Notes: generated from the letters alone by a model not told the origin. A stretch of 64,000 nucleotides of DNA from Chlamydiota bacterium (GCA_947494155.1 CANLTW010000001.1:96001-160000), one strand, 5' to 3'. Counted from the first letter of the stretch, positions 40,025 through 49,990 are shown. Numbers and translations are program-made.

Positions 40025-41313
40025 CAGAAATCCTCTAGTTCGTCGTCGAAATCATCCAGCATCGGGTCAACCGCAGGGGGAAAGTGGCGCATACCCTCTT
40101 TAGACTCCCCCTTTTTTTCCGTTTTAGCACCAGCCTTAGGAGGGTTTGGTGCCATTACTGATAATTTGGTATCTAATGTAACTCTTACTGTCTCTTTTTG
40201 TATATGAAGACCATCAAAAACCTCAAATTGGGCGACCCATTTACCCCCCTCTTTTTTCATGGAGGAAAAATGTAAGAGGCCAGCGTTAAACCTACCTTCA
40301 AACGCCTCCTCGAGCCTTGCTTTTTGCGCTCTTGTCCAGTCCCCATTCTCCTCAATCAGCCAGTCCCCCACGTATACCGCCATCCTGCTCCCTTTTTTAA
40401 GCCAAATCGCCTCATAACCAAAAGGCTTCGCCCCTTCTAAAAAAGTCTGCACTTTAGGGGCAAGCCTCTCAGGCTTTTCAAGGGGTATTCTTAGGGGCTC
40501 TTTTTGGAACCCTTTTTGATCCCAAACGACAAGCTCAATAAAGGTATCTTCTACGCTCTGTAATTTTGACAAAAAGCAATCGCCTCTTTGCCCTCTTTCT
40601 GCGGCAAAAAAAAGGCGCCCCTCTTTAAAATACAAAAGATCATTTTCTACGAGAACATATAGCCTTTGTTGGATAGGATCAAAAAGGCGTAACGTCTCTT
40701 TTCTCTCCCTTTTTAGGTATTCAGCCAAGGCGTCTTTCCCCAAAAATTTCAAGCGTCTGAGATGCTCTTTGAAAATACGTAGTTTTCCCGTCTCAGCTCC
40801 CCCCTTTTTTTCCTCCAAAGAGTGGGCAAAAAGCCGGTTTTTTTGTCCGTTCCAAGCAACGTATAGCTCCAGCCCATCATACTGGGCTTGGTATACCCCT
40901 GTGTTTTCGTCGGCAAAACAGAGCTGCCCCTCATTGTCGTATCCAAGGTAAAAGGGGGTTTTTAAAAACACCGTCTTTTCCTCATTTTTCCCCTTAATTC
41001 TTAAAAGGGCCTCGTCTGCTTCCCTATCGGGACGTGTATTGACCCCTAAAAGTTCCAGTTTTTCAAAAAAAAGGGGGCAAAGCTCATCGAGCTCTGTATA
41101 GGAGGTTTTGCACCAGTTAGGACTCCAATCGGGAAAAACAAACTGCTGAATTGATTTGCCCCCCTCTTGAGGATCAGCTAGAGGGGATTCAGGGAGTTTT
41201 TTAAGATAAAGCCCGTAAGTAAAGGGGATTATGGGTACCAAAACGGCCGCTGTGGTGATTGTGCTCACCCATCTTTGATAAAAGGGAATCCATCGGGAGA
41301 AATAGGACCACAT
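40024..41313 (-). CDS. hypothetical membrane-anchored protein heading the gsp operon
   Basis: N-terminal TM, NTRPD motif, stop overlaps gspD start. Confidence 0.75.
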   Translation of the reverse strand: MWSYFSRWIPFYQRWVSTITTAAVLVPIIPFTYGLYLKKLPESPLADPQEGGKSIQQFVFPDWSPNWCKTSYTELDELCPLFFEKLELLGVNTRPDREADEALLRIKGKNEEKTVFLKTPFYLGYDNEGQLCFADENTGVYQAQYDGLELYVAWNGQKNRLFAHSLEEKKGGAETGKLRIFKEHLRRLKFLGKDALAEYLKRERKETLRLFDPIQQRLYVLVENDLLYFKEGRLFFAAERGQRGDCFLSKLQSVEDTFIELVVWDQKGFQKEPLRIPLEKPERLAPKVQTFLEGAKPFGYEAIWLKKGSRMAVYVGDWLIEENGDWTRAQKARLEEAFEGRFNAGLLHFSSMKKEGGKWVAQFEVFDGLHIQKETVRVTLDTKLSVMAPNPPKAGAKTEKKGESKEGMRHFPPAVDPMLDDFDDELEDF

Positions 41314-41407
41314 GTGATAAGTATATAGAAACTAGGGTTTAACATCCATTTATTGAAAAATATTCATAAATGTTTATTGTGAAGAAATAAACAAGGAAAT
41401 CCATTTC

Positions 41408-41794
41408 ATGGCAAATAATGACCAAAATAGATCAAAGAAAGAGGGTGTTTCAGTAGAGGAAATGCAATCCTTTTTCAAAAATTACGGAGCTGAAATCAGT
41501 CTCTGTCTTATTTTTATTCTCTCAGCTATAAGTGCCCGTTACCTTTTTGGTATGGAAACGTGGTGCATCATCCTCTTAGGTATTGGCGGTGTTCTAGGCT
41601 GTTTATTACCTAGACCAATTAGACAAGGGGTGGAATCCGTAATGAGATTCAGTGTCGGATCCGGAAACAAATACAGTCAGCTCATCATAGCGATTGTAGC
41701 AATAGTGGTTTCGCTCGTTGCATCGCCTCTAACTTTCTTGATCTTTGGTCTAGTTGCAGGTGAAACACTTATCATGGCCAGAAAGGGGCATTAA
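41408..41794 (+). CDS. hypothetical membrane protein
   Basis: about 4 TM helices, AAGGA ribosome-binding site. Confidence 0.75.
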   Translation: MANNDQNRSKKEGVSVEEMQSFFKNYGAEISLCLIFILSAISARYLFGMETWCIILLGIGGVLGCLLPRPIRQGVESVMRFSVGSGNKYSQLIIAIVAIVVSLVASPLTFLIFGLVAGETLIMARKGH

Positions 41795-41813
41795 CCTTTC
41801 GACATCCACCCTG

Positions 41814-41860
41814 TTCAGCCCCCGATTTATGGGTTTTTTCGACCGATAATGGGGGTTGAA
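41814..41860. terminator. hairpin between convergent genes
   Basis: TTCAGCCCCC ... GGGGGTTGAA inverted repeat. Confidence 0.5.
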
Positions 41861-41868
41861 TGATCTTT

Positions 41869-42459
41869 TCATGAGTAGAGTGTTTCTACCGTAATATCCC
41901 CTATCTTATAAAAGTCGAGAACCTCCTCAACCTCTTGTGGAAAGGCGGCTTTTAACTCCTGCAACGATGCCAAGGTCTTTTGATGACTAGGGTTTTTAAG
42001 CGTCGATTCCAGAGCAAGAATCCTTAAAAGATTCAGACATTTCAAAGTGGGTGATTGCAGCTCTTCATGGTGTTTGAGAGATACATCCAAAGCCTCTTTA
42101 TATCTTTTTAAAGAGATCAGCCTGGTTGCCTGAGAAAATTGCGAAGAGACTTTTTTGGTTAGTTGCTCTACGATCACTGCATCATCAAGAAAAAATCTCC
42201 CCATCTCCCGCATCAAGTCCCGGTGTTTCACTAAAAAACGGCTCGCCTGCTTCTTTTCTTTAGTTGAGACAACCTCTTGTTCTTGCATATCCATCAGTGT
42301 CGAAAACACCTCCACCCCTTCTGTCCCATTTTTAGAACTTAACGCAGCAAAAACACTTAAAAAGAGTGCTATTGCAATCGCAACCGTGGCATAAACCCAG
42401 TATCGCTCAAGCCAGTTTTTTTTAACCCCGATAGCATCCGTGCGTAAAACCTCGATCAT
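41869..42459 (-). CDS. hypothetical protein with single N-terminal TM helix
   Basis: 196-aa ORF, one hydrophobic segment, AAGGA upstream. Confidence 0.7.
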   Translation of the reverse strand: MIEVLRTDAIGVKKNWLERYWVYATVAIAIALFLSVFAALSSKNGTEGVEVFSTLMDMQEQEVVSTKEKKQASRFLVKHRDLMREMGRFFLDDAVIVEQLTKKVSSQFSQATRLISLKRYKEALDVSLKHHEELQSPTLKCLNLLRILALESTLKNPSHQKTLASLQELKAAFPQEVEEVLDFYKIGDITVETLYS

Positions 42460-42621
42460 GATTGGTGATTTCCTTACTAAAACAGTCTTTGCATTCTACT
42501 GAAACAGAATCCCCCTTTTCAAGAAAAAACAACAAAGAGGAGATCACTATCCAAACATGAGGGTTGAAAAGAAATTTTTAATTTTTCAAGATGGGAAAAA
42601 ATCCCTTATTTTAGGACTTTT

Positions 42622-43128
42622 ATGAACTTTTCTTTAATAAAAGCGGCGATTGTGGCTGGCCTTGTTGTGTTTTTTGCAAACCATTTGATGTGGCAAGCCA
42701 CGCCGTTTCGAGCGTCTAGCTATTTTAAAAGCGATTGCGCCGTTAGAAAATGCCTCAATGAGAACACCAAAGAGAGCGGAATCTATTCGATTAGACCAGA
42801 CGGGAGCGAGGCTACACCAGTACGAGTGGTGGCTTTTATAGACAAATCGGTCTCTCATCATGAATGGGCTATTCGCCTAATCTCGATCTTGGAAAAAATC
42901 ATTGTGGCAGGACTCATCGGAGGAATCATGCTTGTATTAAGAGCCAATAACATCCCCGGCCGCATTGAAACCATCTTGATGATTAGCTTGATCATCACAA
43001 TTGGTGGTTTTGGATCGATGCTCTTGTGGTGCTCGGTCCCCTTTTCCATAAGTGCATTTGTTTTGGTTACGACATTTTTAAGCTGGACAATAGGCGGTCT
43101 TGTTGTAGCAAGAATGCTCAAGATCTAA
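42622..43128 (+). CDS. hypothetical membrane protein
   Basis: 4 hydrophobic segments, ESGIY loop motif, AGGA upstream. Confidence 0.7.
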   Translation: MNFSLIKAAIVAGLVVFFANHLMWQATPFRASSYFKSDCAVRKCLNENTKESGIYSIRPDGSEATPVRVVAFIDKSVSHHEWAIRLISILEKIIVAGLIGGIMLVLRANNIPGRIETILMISLIITIGGFGSMLLWCSVPFSISAFVLVTTFLSWTIGGLVVARMLKI

Positions 43129-43171
43129 CTAGAGATAGGCTTTTTAGCTTTTGATTCAGCTTACCCGTTTT

Positions 43172-44149
43172 TCAAGTGTTTAAAAAAGAGGCCAACTGGT
43201 GTAAAATTTTTCTATGTCCAGATGAAAACGGCCTCTTTAAGCACTCTTCGAGGGTGAAAAACTCTAAATCCTCCTTAAATGCATCGAGTTTTTTTATATT
43301 TGCTATCAGATGAAATCGATAAAAAGTAGCCGTTGCGGTTACCATTTTAAAAGGCCCTTGTTTGCAGAGGGCAAGAAATTCTTTTTCACTAATCTCTTCC
43401 TCTTCAAAAAGATAAAGATCTCTAAAAAGCTCCTTTTCTCCCTTTTTGCGTATACCGAAAAGATTCTTATGCTCATAAAGGTGCACCTCTTTATACACTT
43501 TTTGAGCCTCTTTCCTTTTTTTGGTGCTTAAAAAATTATCCACAGCTCCCCCTTTATACGCCTGGCAACCTTGAGCTAACGGGCATAGGGCACAGTCGGC
43601 CTTTTTTTTACAAATGGTTGCCCCAAGTTCAATAAGCGCTTCTGCTATTTCAAACGGACGATAAGAACTTAACTCCTCTTCTCCCCTTCTTTTGCACTCC
43701 TTAAGGTCAGTTGAGGCATAATACCTGGATAAAACCCTATCCACATTCGCATCTACTGCTATCACCTTTTTTTGGAAGGCAAAACTTAATAGGGCATCCG
43801 CTGTATAGGGGCCAATCCCTTTGATAGCAGTCAACGAATGGAAGTCCTCCGGAAATGTTTCAGAGAGTATCTCTGCAGCTTTGTGGATGTTTCTAGCTCT
43901 TGAATAGTATCCCAAGCCCTCCCAAGCTTTGAGCACCGTCTCTATGGGGGCTTTTTTTAAATCCTGTATTGTAGGAAAAAGTCTCATCCATCGGTTGAAA
44001 TACTCAACGACAACATCTGCCCGGGTTTGTTGGAGCATCACCTCCGAAATCCAAACTCTGTAAGGGGTGATCTCTTTTCTCCACGGAAACTCTCTCTTTG
44101 TTTCTAGGAACCATTTTCGTAAAGATTCTTGATCGGTTTTAAAAGACAT
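43172..44149 (-). CDS. mutY: A/G-specific adenine glycosylase
   Basis: PWR, PYRVWISEVMLQQT, WEGLGYYSRARN, HhH IKGIGPYTA, 4Fe-4S cysteines. Confidence 0.95.
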   Translation of the reverse strand: MSFKTDQESLRKWFLETKREFPWRKEITPYRVWISEVMLQQTRADVVVEYFNRWMRLFPTIQDLKKAPIETVLKAWEGLGYYSRARNIHKAAEILSETFPEDFHSLTAIKGIGPYTADALLSFAFQKKVIAVDANVDRVLSRYYASTDLKECKRRGEEELSSYRPFEIAEALIELGATICKKKADCALCPLAQGCQAYKGGAVDNFLSTKKRKEAQKVYKEVHLYEHKNLFGIRKKGEKELFRDLYLFEEEEISEKEFLALCKQGPFKMVTATATFYRFHLIANIKKLDAFKEDLEFFTLEECLKRPFSSGHRKILHQLASFLNT

Positions 44150-44165
44150 GGTAGGTAAAGGGTCT

Positions 44166-45143
44166 ATGGCATCAATAGGTTTAATCTACGGCAGCCGTTT
44201 TGAGGATATCGACCACATGGCTCCTTTAATGGAGATCTTAGGTCTCCCCTTATTTGTTACGGATGAAAAAATCTTGGAAATTATAAGGACTTTTTATCCT
44301 GCTGTCAATGTGCAAATCTACGCTCCTCCTCTCTTAGGCAAAGCCCTCCTTAAAGAGGGAAATACCCTCATCTCGTGCCTACTCACCACAAAAATTAGAC
44401 GCCTTTTTGGCCTTGAGGAGATGATGGAAAAAAGGGCTTTACATACCGTTTTTGTCCCTCACGGATATGCCCAAGAGGATCTTTCCAGGGGAATTTTGGG
44501 AGAAAAGCACATCCTTGTTCTGGGAAAAAAAATGGTGGATTTGCTCTATTCACTTACCACTATGTACAATTTTAAAACTCTTGTCAGCATCGGAAACTAT
44601 CGCTATCTGTATTTCAAAAAACACCAGACATTTATGGAAGAAAAGATCGAGCGCCCCTTTTCTTTTGCAAAAGAACACAAGGCTCTTTTTTTTCCAACAA
44701 ATCTGGAGGACCCTTCACACATCGCTTTTTTAAGGGATCATCTGAAAGAGGGTTGGAAACTGTTTGTTAAGTACCACGCAAAAACTTTCAATGATCTTTT
44801 CGATAGGGCGATCCATTCAGAGGAGAAATTAGACACCCCTTATGTCTACCCCTACTTAGAAAAAGGGTCTCTTTTTGTTGTTGAGGACTCTAATGCGGTT
44901 TACGATGCCCTATTCTTCAACACACCCACCTTTTTTTTCAAAGATCATCCAGAACTTGATACCCTGGGAATCCGATTTCAAGAGAATTTGGACAAGAGTT
45001 TGAAAAAAGTAGAAAATCTACAAATAAAGAAAAAAGAGATTCTCCCGTATGCATTTGATCAGTATAATTCTTTAGATGAGATCAAAATAAGAGTACTTGC
45101 TCTTTTAAAGGACATCAACGAAGGTGACGACACCATCTATTAG
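44166..45143 (+). CDS. CDP-glycerol glycerophosphotransferase-like protein (paralog 1)
   Basis: DHMAPL, VPHG, IGNYR, SNAVYDALFFNTP; start set at ATG 44166. Confidence 0.6.
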   Translation: MASIGLIYGSRFEDIDHMAPLMEILGLPLFVTDEKILEIIRTFYPAVNVQIYAPPLLGKALLKEGNTLISCLLTTKIRRLFGLEEMMEKRALHTVFVPHGYAQEDLSRGILGEKHILVLGKKMVDLLYSLTTMYNFKTLVSIGNYRYLYFKKHQTFMEEKIERPFSFAKEHKALFFPTNLEDPSHIAFLRDHLKEGWKLFVKYHAKTFNDLFDRAIHSEEKLDTPYVYPYLEKGSLFVVEDSNAVYDALFFNTPTFFFKDHPELDTLGIRFQENLDKSLKKVENLQIKKKEILPYAFDQYNSLDEIKIRVLALLKDINEGDDTIY

Positions 45144-45972
45144 GGGTATTCTAGCCTCTTTCCCCCACCACCTGGATCATTTAGCCCCCCTCTCTTTCTA
45201 CGAAAAGATCCCCCTTTTAGTGCGTAATAACGAAACTGAGGAGGCGCTCCTCGATTTTTACCCTTGGGTCCCCTACTATCGCCTAGAAAATTTCCCAAAA
45301 ATTCACGATCTGGACGCTTATATCAGCACCTCTACAAGCGAAACACCTTTGCGGGAGTTGCATCATGCGCTGTATGGTAAAAAACCCAAAATGGTCCGTT
45401 TTCACCACGGTTTCTCCGATAAATTTCAAGATTTTTCTCTTTATGACTCGGTGTTGTCTTATAAGGACTTCCCCAACCATCGACTCCGTTTCTATCATGA
45501 GTTTAAAAAAGAAATTTTTGAAAAAGCGAAACCTTTTTTACCAGTTCCTGAAACAGCTAAACCCCTTCTCGTAGCTTTAACCTGGGATTCGCCCAACATT
45601 GAAGAAAAATTAGTACAGCTTTGCCAGCACCCTTTCAAAAAGCGGTTTGTCTTTAGACTGCACCCCATTTTAGCCGAAAGAGAGCTTTTGCATATCCGAT
45701 TAGAGGCCAAATATTCTATCCAACTCCTTTCCCATACTTGCCCCTATATTTACCCTTTTTTGGAGCTACATAGCGGAGTTCTCACCGATAGGTCAAGCAT
45801 CGGATACGATACCCTCTATTTTCACAAGCCCCTTTTCGTAATGGATGAAGTCCCTTTAAAAAAATTCTCGTTTGATTCTATGGAGAATTGGGTAAAGGCC
45901 TGTGATCAAAATAGGGAATCACCCAACTTTCAACACGAGTACACTAAAATATTCGGCGCTTATCCCCATTGA
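45124..45972 (+). CDS. CDP-glycerol glycerophosphotransferase-like protein (paralog 2)
   Basis: DHLAPL, HHGFSDK, ALTW, RLHP, TDRSSIGYD-L-F-KP. Confidence 0.65.
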   Translation: MTTPSIRGILASFPHHLDHLAPLSFYEKIPLLVRNNETEEALLDFYPWVPYYRLENFPKIHDLDAYISTSTSETPLRELHHALYGKKPKMVRFHHGFSDKFQDFSLYDSVLSYKDFPNHRLRFYHEFKKEIFEKAKPFLPVPETAKPLLVALTWDSPNIEEKLVQLCQHPFKKRFVFRLHPILAERELLHIRLEAKYSIQLLSHTCPYIYPFLELHSGVLTDRSSIGYDTLYFHKPLFVMDEVPLKKFSFDSMENWVKACDQNRESPNFQHEYTKIFGAYPH

Positions 45973-46907
45973 GGGGGTAAAATCTGGACGTTATCCAGAT
46001 ATTGCAATTCATGGACCGAAGGGGTTGCCGAGAGCCCGTACGCGTATCCACCCTCTTTGAGAGGATCGATTTTTGTGACCACTCCCACATGTAGTCCTCT
46101 TGGAAAAATCCCATCTAAGCCCGTAGTGACCAGAAGGTCTCCCACCCGGATCAGGTGCTCTGTTCTTAAATCAAAGGGGCCACCCTCGCTATCTGCAAAA
46201 TCATAATTGAACCCGTAGCCACTTAAGGTGTCGTAAGCTACCCTCCAACCCGGATTTGCTACCCCTTGAATCACCCCTTTTGCTAAAAGCGCCCCCCTTA
46301 ATGGTCTCACCTTCTCCAATAAAACCTGAATCCAATCATTGGTGAGCTCTTTATGCTCCTGGTTTTTAAAGATCTCCTCCTCTTTTTCTAAAAGATTCTT
46401 AAGCTCATAAAGCCTCTCTTCAAGATAGATCCCTTTTTTCCCCCGGTCCACGCGCACAGCTATTTGTAATTTCGGGTCTGTAATTAGACGCACAAGGCTC
46501 TTTTTTTCTAGCACCTCCTCGATCACCCCCACTACCCCTTTACCTAAAACAACGGGGCTTTTTTTTGCGATGACTGTGGCCCCCAATCGTTTGTTATCCG
46601 CCTCTCCCCTGTCTACCCAAAGAAAGGAGCCGAAAGAGATATTTTCCCTAAAGATCACTTTAGCCTGTATCGCATCCCAGTCTTTTAGGTCGTAGTTAAG
46701 CTGGTTGCGTATTGCATCCAACTCATCCTTCAAAAGAAGATTTTCCAAACTTAGTAGCTCAAGTGTACTATCTCCCCCCGCTTGTGCCGAGCTAAAAAAC
46801 TTTTGCACGCTCGATCTTAGGCGGATCTCTTTCACAAAAGGGATTTGAAAAATCAAAAATAGGATCAGAGACAAAAATAAGAGTGTAGAACCTAGTTTTT
46901 TATCCAT
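45960..46907 (-). CDS. mreC: rod shape-determining protein MreC
   Basis: N-terminal TM, AKVIFR, GVVG-I-V, GDLLVTTGLDGIFPRGLHVG. Confidence 0.88.
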   Translation of the reverse strand: MDKKLGSTLLFLSLILFLIFQIPFVKEIRLRSSVQKFFSSAQAGGDSTLELLSLENLLLKDELDAIRNQLNYDLKDWDAIQAKVIFRENISFGSFLWVDRGEADNKRLGATVIAKKSPVVLGKGVVGVIEEVLEKKSLVRLITDPKLQIAVRVDRGKKGIYLEERLYELKNLLEKEEEIFKNQEHKELTNDWIQVLLEKVRPLRGALLAKGVIQGVANPGWRVAYDTLSGYGFNYDFADSEGGPFDLRTEHLIRVGDLLVTTGLDGIFPRGLHVGVVTKIDPLKEGGYAYGLSATPSVHELQYLDNVQILPPQWG

Positions 46908-48078
46908 GACGCAACCTTGAAAAAACCTGTTTAAGCCGCCCGATGTTTGCCGAGTTTACCCCTAAAACATTTAATCTCGAGTCATCGAGCAAATATATGC
47001 TCTCTTTTCTCAACTCCAGAACCGCATCTTTAGATATTCCCAGATAGGAAAAAAACCCTTTCGCCTCTTGGAACTCTTTTTTATGCTGAATCCAGCCCCC
47101 AAATTCTTTCAGTATTAGCTCTCTCATGGCACAGCTTCTCAGCCGGTGCTCCTCGAGCTCATCAAGCCAAAGTTTTTTTCTTTTTAAATCTGTTAATACT
47201 GTTTTGACAACCAGTGCACCATGCGCCGGTGGACTAGAATAATTGCGACGTATGATCTGTTTTATAGTGCTTTGCATCCCCTCATGAGTATGACTCCGAT
47301 TGACAATCATCAGCGCCCCAACCCTTTCCCTATAGAGATCCATAGTTTTTGAATAGGAGAAGGCAACGCACATCTCGATCCCGCTTTTAAAAAAGGTGTT
47401 GACTGCATACCGGTCTTCATCGATTCCATCTCCAAGCCCTAGATAAGCGATATCAAAGAGAGGTAAAAGCCCCTTTTTGAGACAACAATCTAAAATTAAA
47501 TCCCATTCACTGTGGGTAAAATCGATCCCGGTGGGGTTATGGCAACAGCCATGAAGCAAAAGAATGGATCCTTTCTCCAAACGGTGTAAAAAATCAAAAA
47601 ACTCGCCCTTTTTGGCCGTGTGTGTTGTCCGATCATAGTAGGGATAGGTTCTCACCTCAAGACCTGCAGCTTTGAACACACCGTGGTGGTTAGCCCATGT
47701 GGGGTCCGAGACATAGATGGGATGATTCCACTCCAATCTAAGATAATCGGCAAGCACCCTTAGAGCACCAGTCCCCCCTAAAGTCTGTGCTGCTGTAACC
47801 AGAGGAGCATTTTCTAAGAAAAGGAGTTTTTTCGTCTCCTCAAGAAAGTCATGATCCCCCTCGATAGGAAGGTAAGTTTTGGAGACCTCATTCTCGATTA
47901 AAAATTCTTCAGCCTCCTTTACCGCTTTTAAAACGGGGCACTTCCCCTTTTCATCAAGATAGATACCCATTCCCAAATTTATTTTTTCAGAGTTAGGATC
48001 TTTGGCCCACATTCTGCCTATCTCAAGCACCGGATCGACAGGTTGTGATCCCACATGTTCAAAAAAAAGATGCGTCAT
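46900..48078 (-). CDS. aspC: aspartate/aromatic aminotransferase (AspC/TyrB)
   Basis: KINLGMGIY, QTLGGTGAL, PTWANH, CCHNPTG, DIAY, SYSK-LYRERVG. Confidence 0.93.
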   Translation of the reverse strand: MTHLFFEHVGSQPVDPVLEIGRMWAKDPNSEKINLGMGIYLDEKGKCPVLKAVKEAEEFLIENEVSKTYLPIEGDHDFLEETKKLLFLENAPLVTAAQTLGGTGALRVLADYLRLEWNHPIYVSDPTWANHHGVFKAAGLEVRTYPYYDRTTHTAKKGEFFDFLHRLEKGSILLLHGCCHNPTGIDFTHSEWDLILDCCLKKGLLPLFDIAYLGLGDGIDEDRYAVNTFFKSGIEMCVAFSYSKTMDLYRERVGALMIVNRSHTHEGMQSTIKQIIRRNYSSPPAHGALVVKTVLTDLKRKKLWLDELEEHRLRSCAMRELILKEFGGWIQHKKEFQEAKGFFSYLGISKDAVLELRKESIYLLDDSRLNVLGVNSANIGRLKQVFSRLRHG

Positions 48079-48129
48079 AGAGCCCCTGAATCAAAAAAAG
48101 TTTTTTAAACTATTATCTAAAAGTTCACG

Positions 48130-48155
48130 AATAGAGACAACTAGAAAAGTTGTTT
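48130..48155 (-). terminator. conserved hairpin downstream of tRNA-Ala (copy A)
   Basis: AGACAAC-TAGAAAA-GTTGTTT; 26 nt identical to 49991-50016 while flanks have diverged. Confidence 0.5.
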
Positions 48156-48192
48156 ATTGGCATGTATTCTTGGAAGTAAAGAAGGGATGAAA

Positions 48193-48265
48193 TGGAGTAT
48201 AGCGGACTCGAACCGCTGACCCCAACGCTGCCAGCGTTGGGGTCTACCAACTGAGCTAATACCCC
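48193..48265 (-). tRNA. tRNA-Ala(GGC), aberrant copy with disrupted D-stem (possible pseudo-tRNA)
   Basis: G3:U70, GGC anticodon and T-loop intact; D-stem 3' side reads GACC-C instead of GAGC-A. Confidence 0.85.
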
Positions 48266-48272
48266 GTCAGAC

Positions 48273-49940
48273 TTATTCCTTACCCTCAACAGCCTCAAGG
48301 AAAGCTTGTAGCTGCTTGGATCGGGTGGGATGACGCATTTTTCTCAAAGCTTTGGCCTCAATTTGGCGCACCCTTTCACGAGTTACCTTAAATTGCACAC
48401 CTACCTCTTCAAGAGTTTTCGGTTTTCCGTCAAGTAAACCGAAACGTTCGATTAATACTGTACGCTCTCTGTCAGTTAATGTAGAGAGAACTTCGTTTAT
48501 TTTGTCTTTTAAAATTGAATAGCCGGTGGCATCCGCTGGCGATTCTGTAGCGGTATCCTCAAGAAAATCACCAAATTGGCTCTCTCCGCTGTCTCCCACT
48601 TCTGCTTGTAAAGAGATGGGGTGTTGAGCGATACGATAAATCTCACGCACGCGATCAGGTGTCAACCCAAGCTCTTTTGCCAGCTCTTCTGGAGTAGGCT
48701 CTTTACCTGTCTCCATCATGAGCTTTTTGGCCCCCCTTAATACACGATTGATTGTTTCAATCATGTGCACAGGGATACGGATCGTGCGGGCCTGATCGGC
48801 AATAGCTCGTGTTACTGCTTGTCGAATCCACCAGGTGGCATAAGTAGAAAATTTATAACCTCGGCGGTATTCAAACTTTTCCACAGCCTTCATTAGCCCC
48901 ATGTTCCCCTCTTCAATCAAATCCAAGAAAGAAAGGCCACGGTTAGTGTATTTTTTTGCAATCGAGATCACAAGGCGCAGGTTGGACTCTACCATTTCTC
49001 TTTTAGCTTCCTGGCTCTTGTCCATCCAGCGCTGCAACATGCGGACATCTTTTTTATATTCGTCCAATGTCCTTCCGGCAGCAAGCTCTCTTAAAAAAAG
49101 TCGGCGTCTGGCAGAAAAAAGTTTTTGCGCTGCAAAGCGATTTTTTTCAGCTCTAGGGGTAAGATCTTTGATCTCTTTTTCCAAATGCAAAAGTCTGTCG
49201 TAGCTTGAGAGGATTACTTCGCCGAAATCTTCGATCACCGAATATTTCAGGTGCATGCGTCGCAAGTAGGCTTGAGTTCTTATACGACTTTTTTCTATCG
49301 CCTCGAGAACTTTGATCCTTTCTGCCTTGTTGTTATCCACCTTTTTCATTTTCAAAAGCTGCGGCTCTAAAAAAGCATCCTCTTTAGAAAGGAGCTCCTC
49401 TAGCTTAGGCAACAATTGCATGAACTTAGCGCGGTCTTCCACCTCTTTTTCAGCAGCAATTTTATCAAAACGTTCTTTACCAGCGATAAGGTAACGGATT
49501 ATGGAGCAAGTCTCCCTTTCGGAATAGCGAAAGCGCATAATGATTCTTTCGATCTGCATTTGCGCTTTTTCAATCCTTTTGGAAATTTCGACCTCTTCCT
49601 CGCGAGTAAGAAGGGGAAAAGAACCCATCTCTTTGAGATACATCCTAACGGGATCATCTGCAGCTGCATCGGAGCGTTTTGGTAAGAGTTCTAATTCTTT
49701 AGCCTCTTTTTTACGCTCTTTTTGCTTCTCAATCTCTGCTTGATTGTAGATCTGGATATCCATCCCACTCAAGAAAATCAATACTTGATCGATCTCTTCC
49801 GCCGTGTCAAATGTCATCGGAAGGATATCATTGATCTCTTCGTAGGTGATGAATCCCTGTTCCTTAGCAACAGCGACCAGCTCCTCGATTTTTTGCTGAT
49901 ATTGAGGATCCGTGTGTTGGTTGTCGGATGGCTTGCTCAT
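48273..49940 (-). CDS. rpoD: RNA polymerase primary sigma factor (sigma66), downstream variant copy
   Basis: regions 1.1-4.2 all present, 555 aa from ATG 49940 with AAGGAG; DLIEEGN variant. Confidence 0.95.
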   Translation of the reverse strand: MSKPSDNQHTDPQYQQKIEELVAVAKEQGFITYEEINDILPMTFDTAEEIDQVLIFLSGMDIQIYNQAEIEKQKERKKEAKELELLPKRSDAAADDPVRMYLKEMGSFPLLTREEEVEISKRIEKAQMQIERIIMRFRYSERETCSIIRYLIAGKERFDKIAAEKEVEDRAKFMQLLPKLEELLSKEDAFLEPQLLKMKKVDNNKAERIKVLEAIEKSRIRTQAYLRRMHLKYSVIEDFGEVILSSYDRLLHLEKEIKDLTPRAEKNRFAAQKLFSARRRLFLRELAAGRTLDEYKKDVRMLQRWMDKSQEAKREMVESNLRLVISIAKKYTNRGLSFLDLIEEGNMGLMKAVEKFEYRRGYKFSTYATWWIRQAVTRAIADQARTIRIPVHMIETINRVLRGAKKLMMETGKEPTPEELAKELGLTPDRVREIYRIAQHPISLQAEVGDSGESQFGDFLEDTATESPADATGYSILKDKINEVLSTLTDRERTVLIERFGLLDGKPKTLEEVGVQFKVTRERVRQIEAKALRKMRHPTRSKQLQAFLEAVEGKE

Positions 49941-49990
49941 AGTCTCCTTTAGTGAAAAAAGGTTTTTTATCAACTACCTAGTCCAGTGAC

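Noticed and set aside
49941..49973. [11 protein letters not shown] extension on the downstream RpoD
   Set aside because: TTG start inside the duplicated intergenic region; AAGGAG points to ATG 49940
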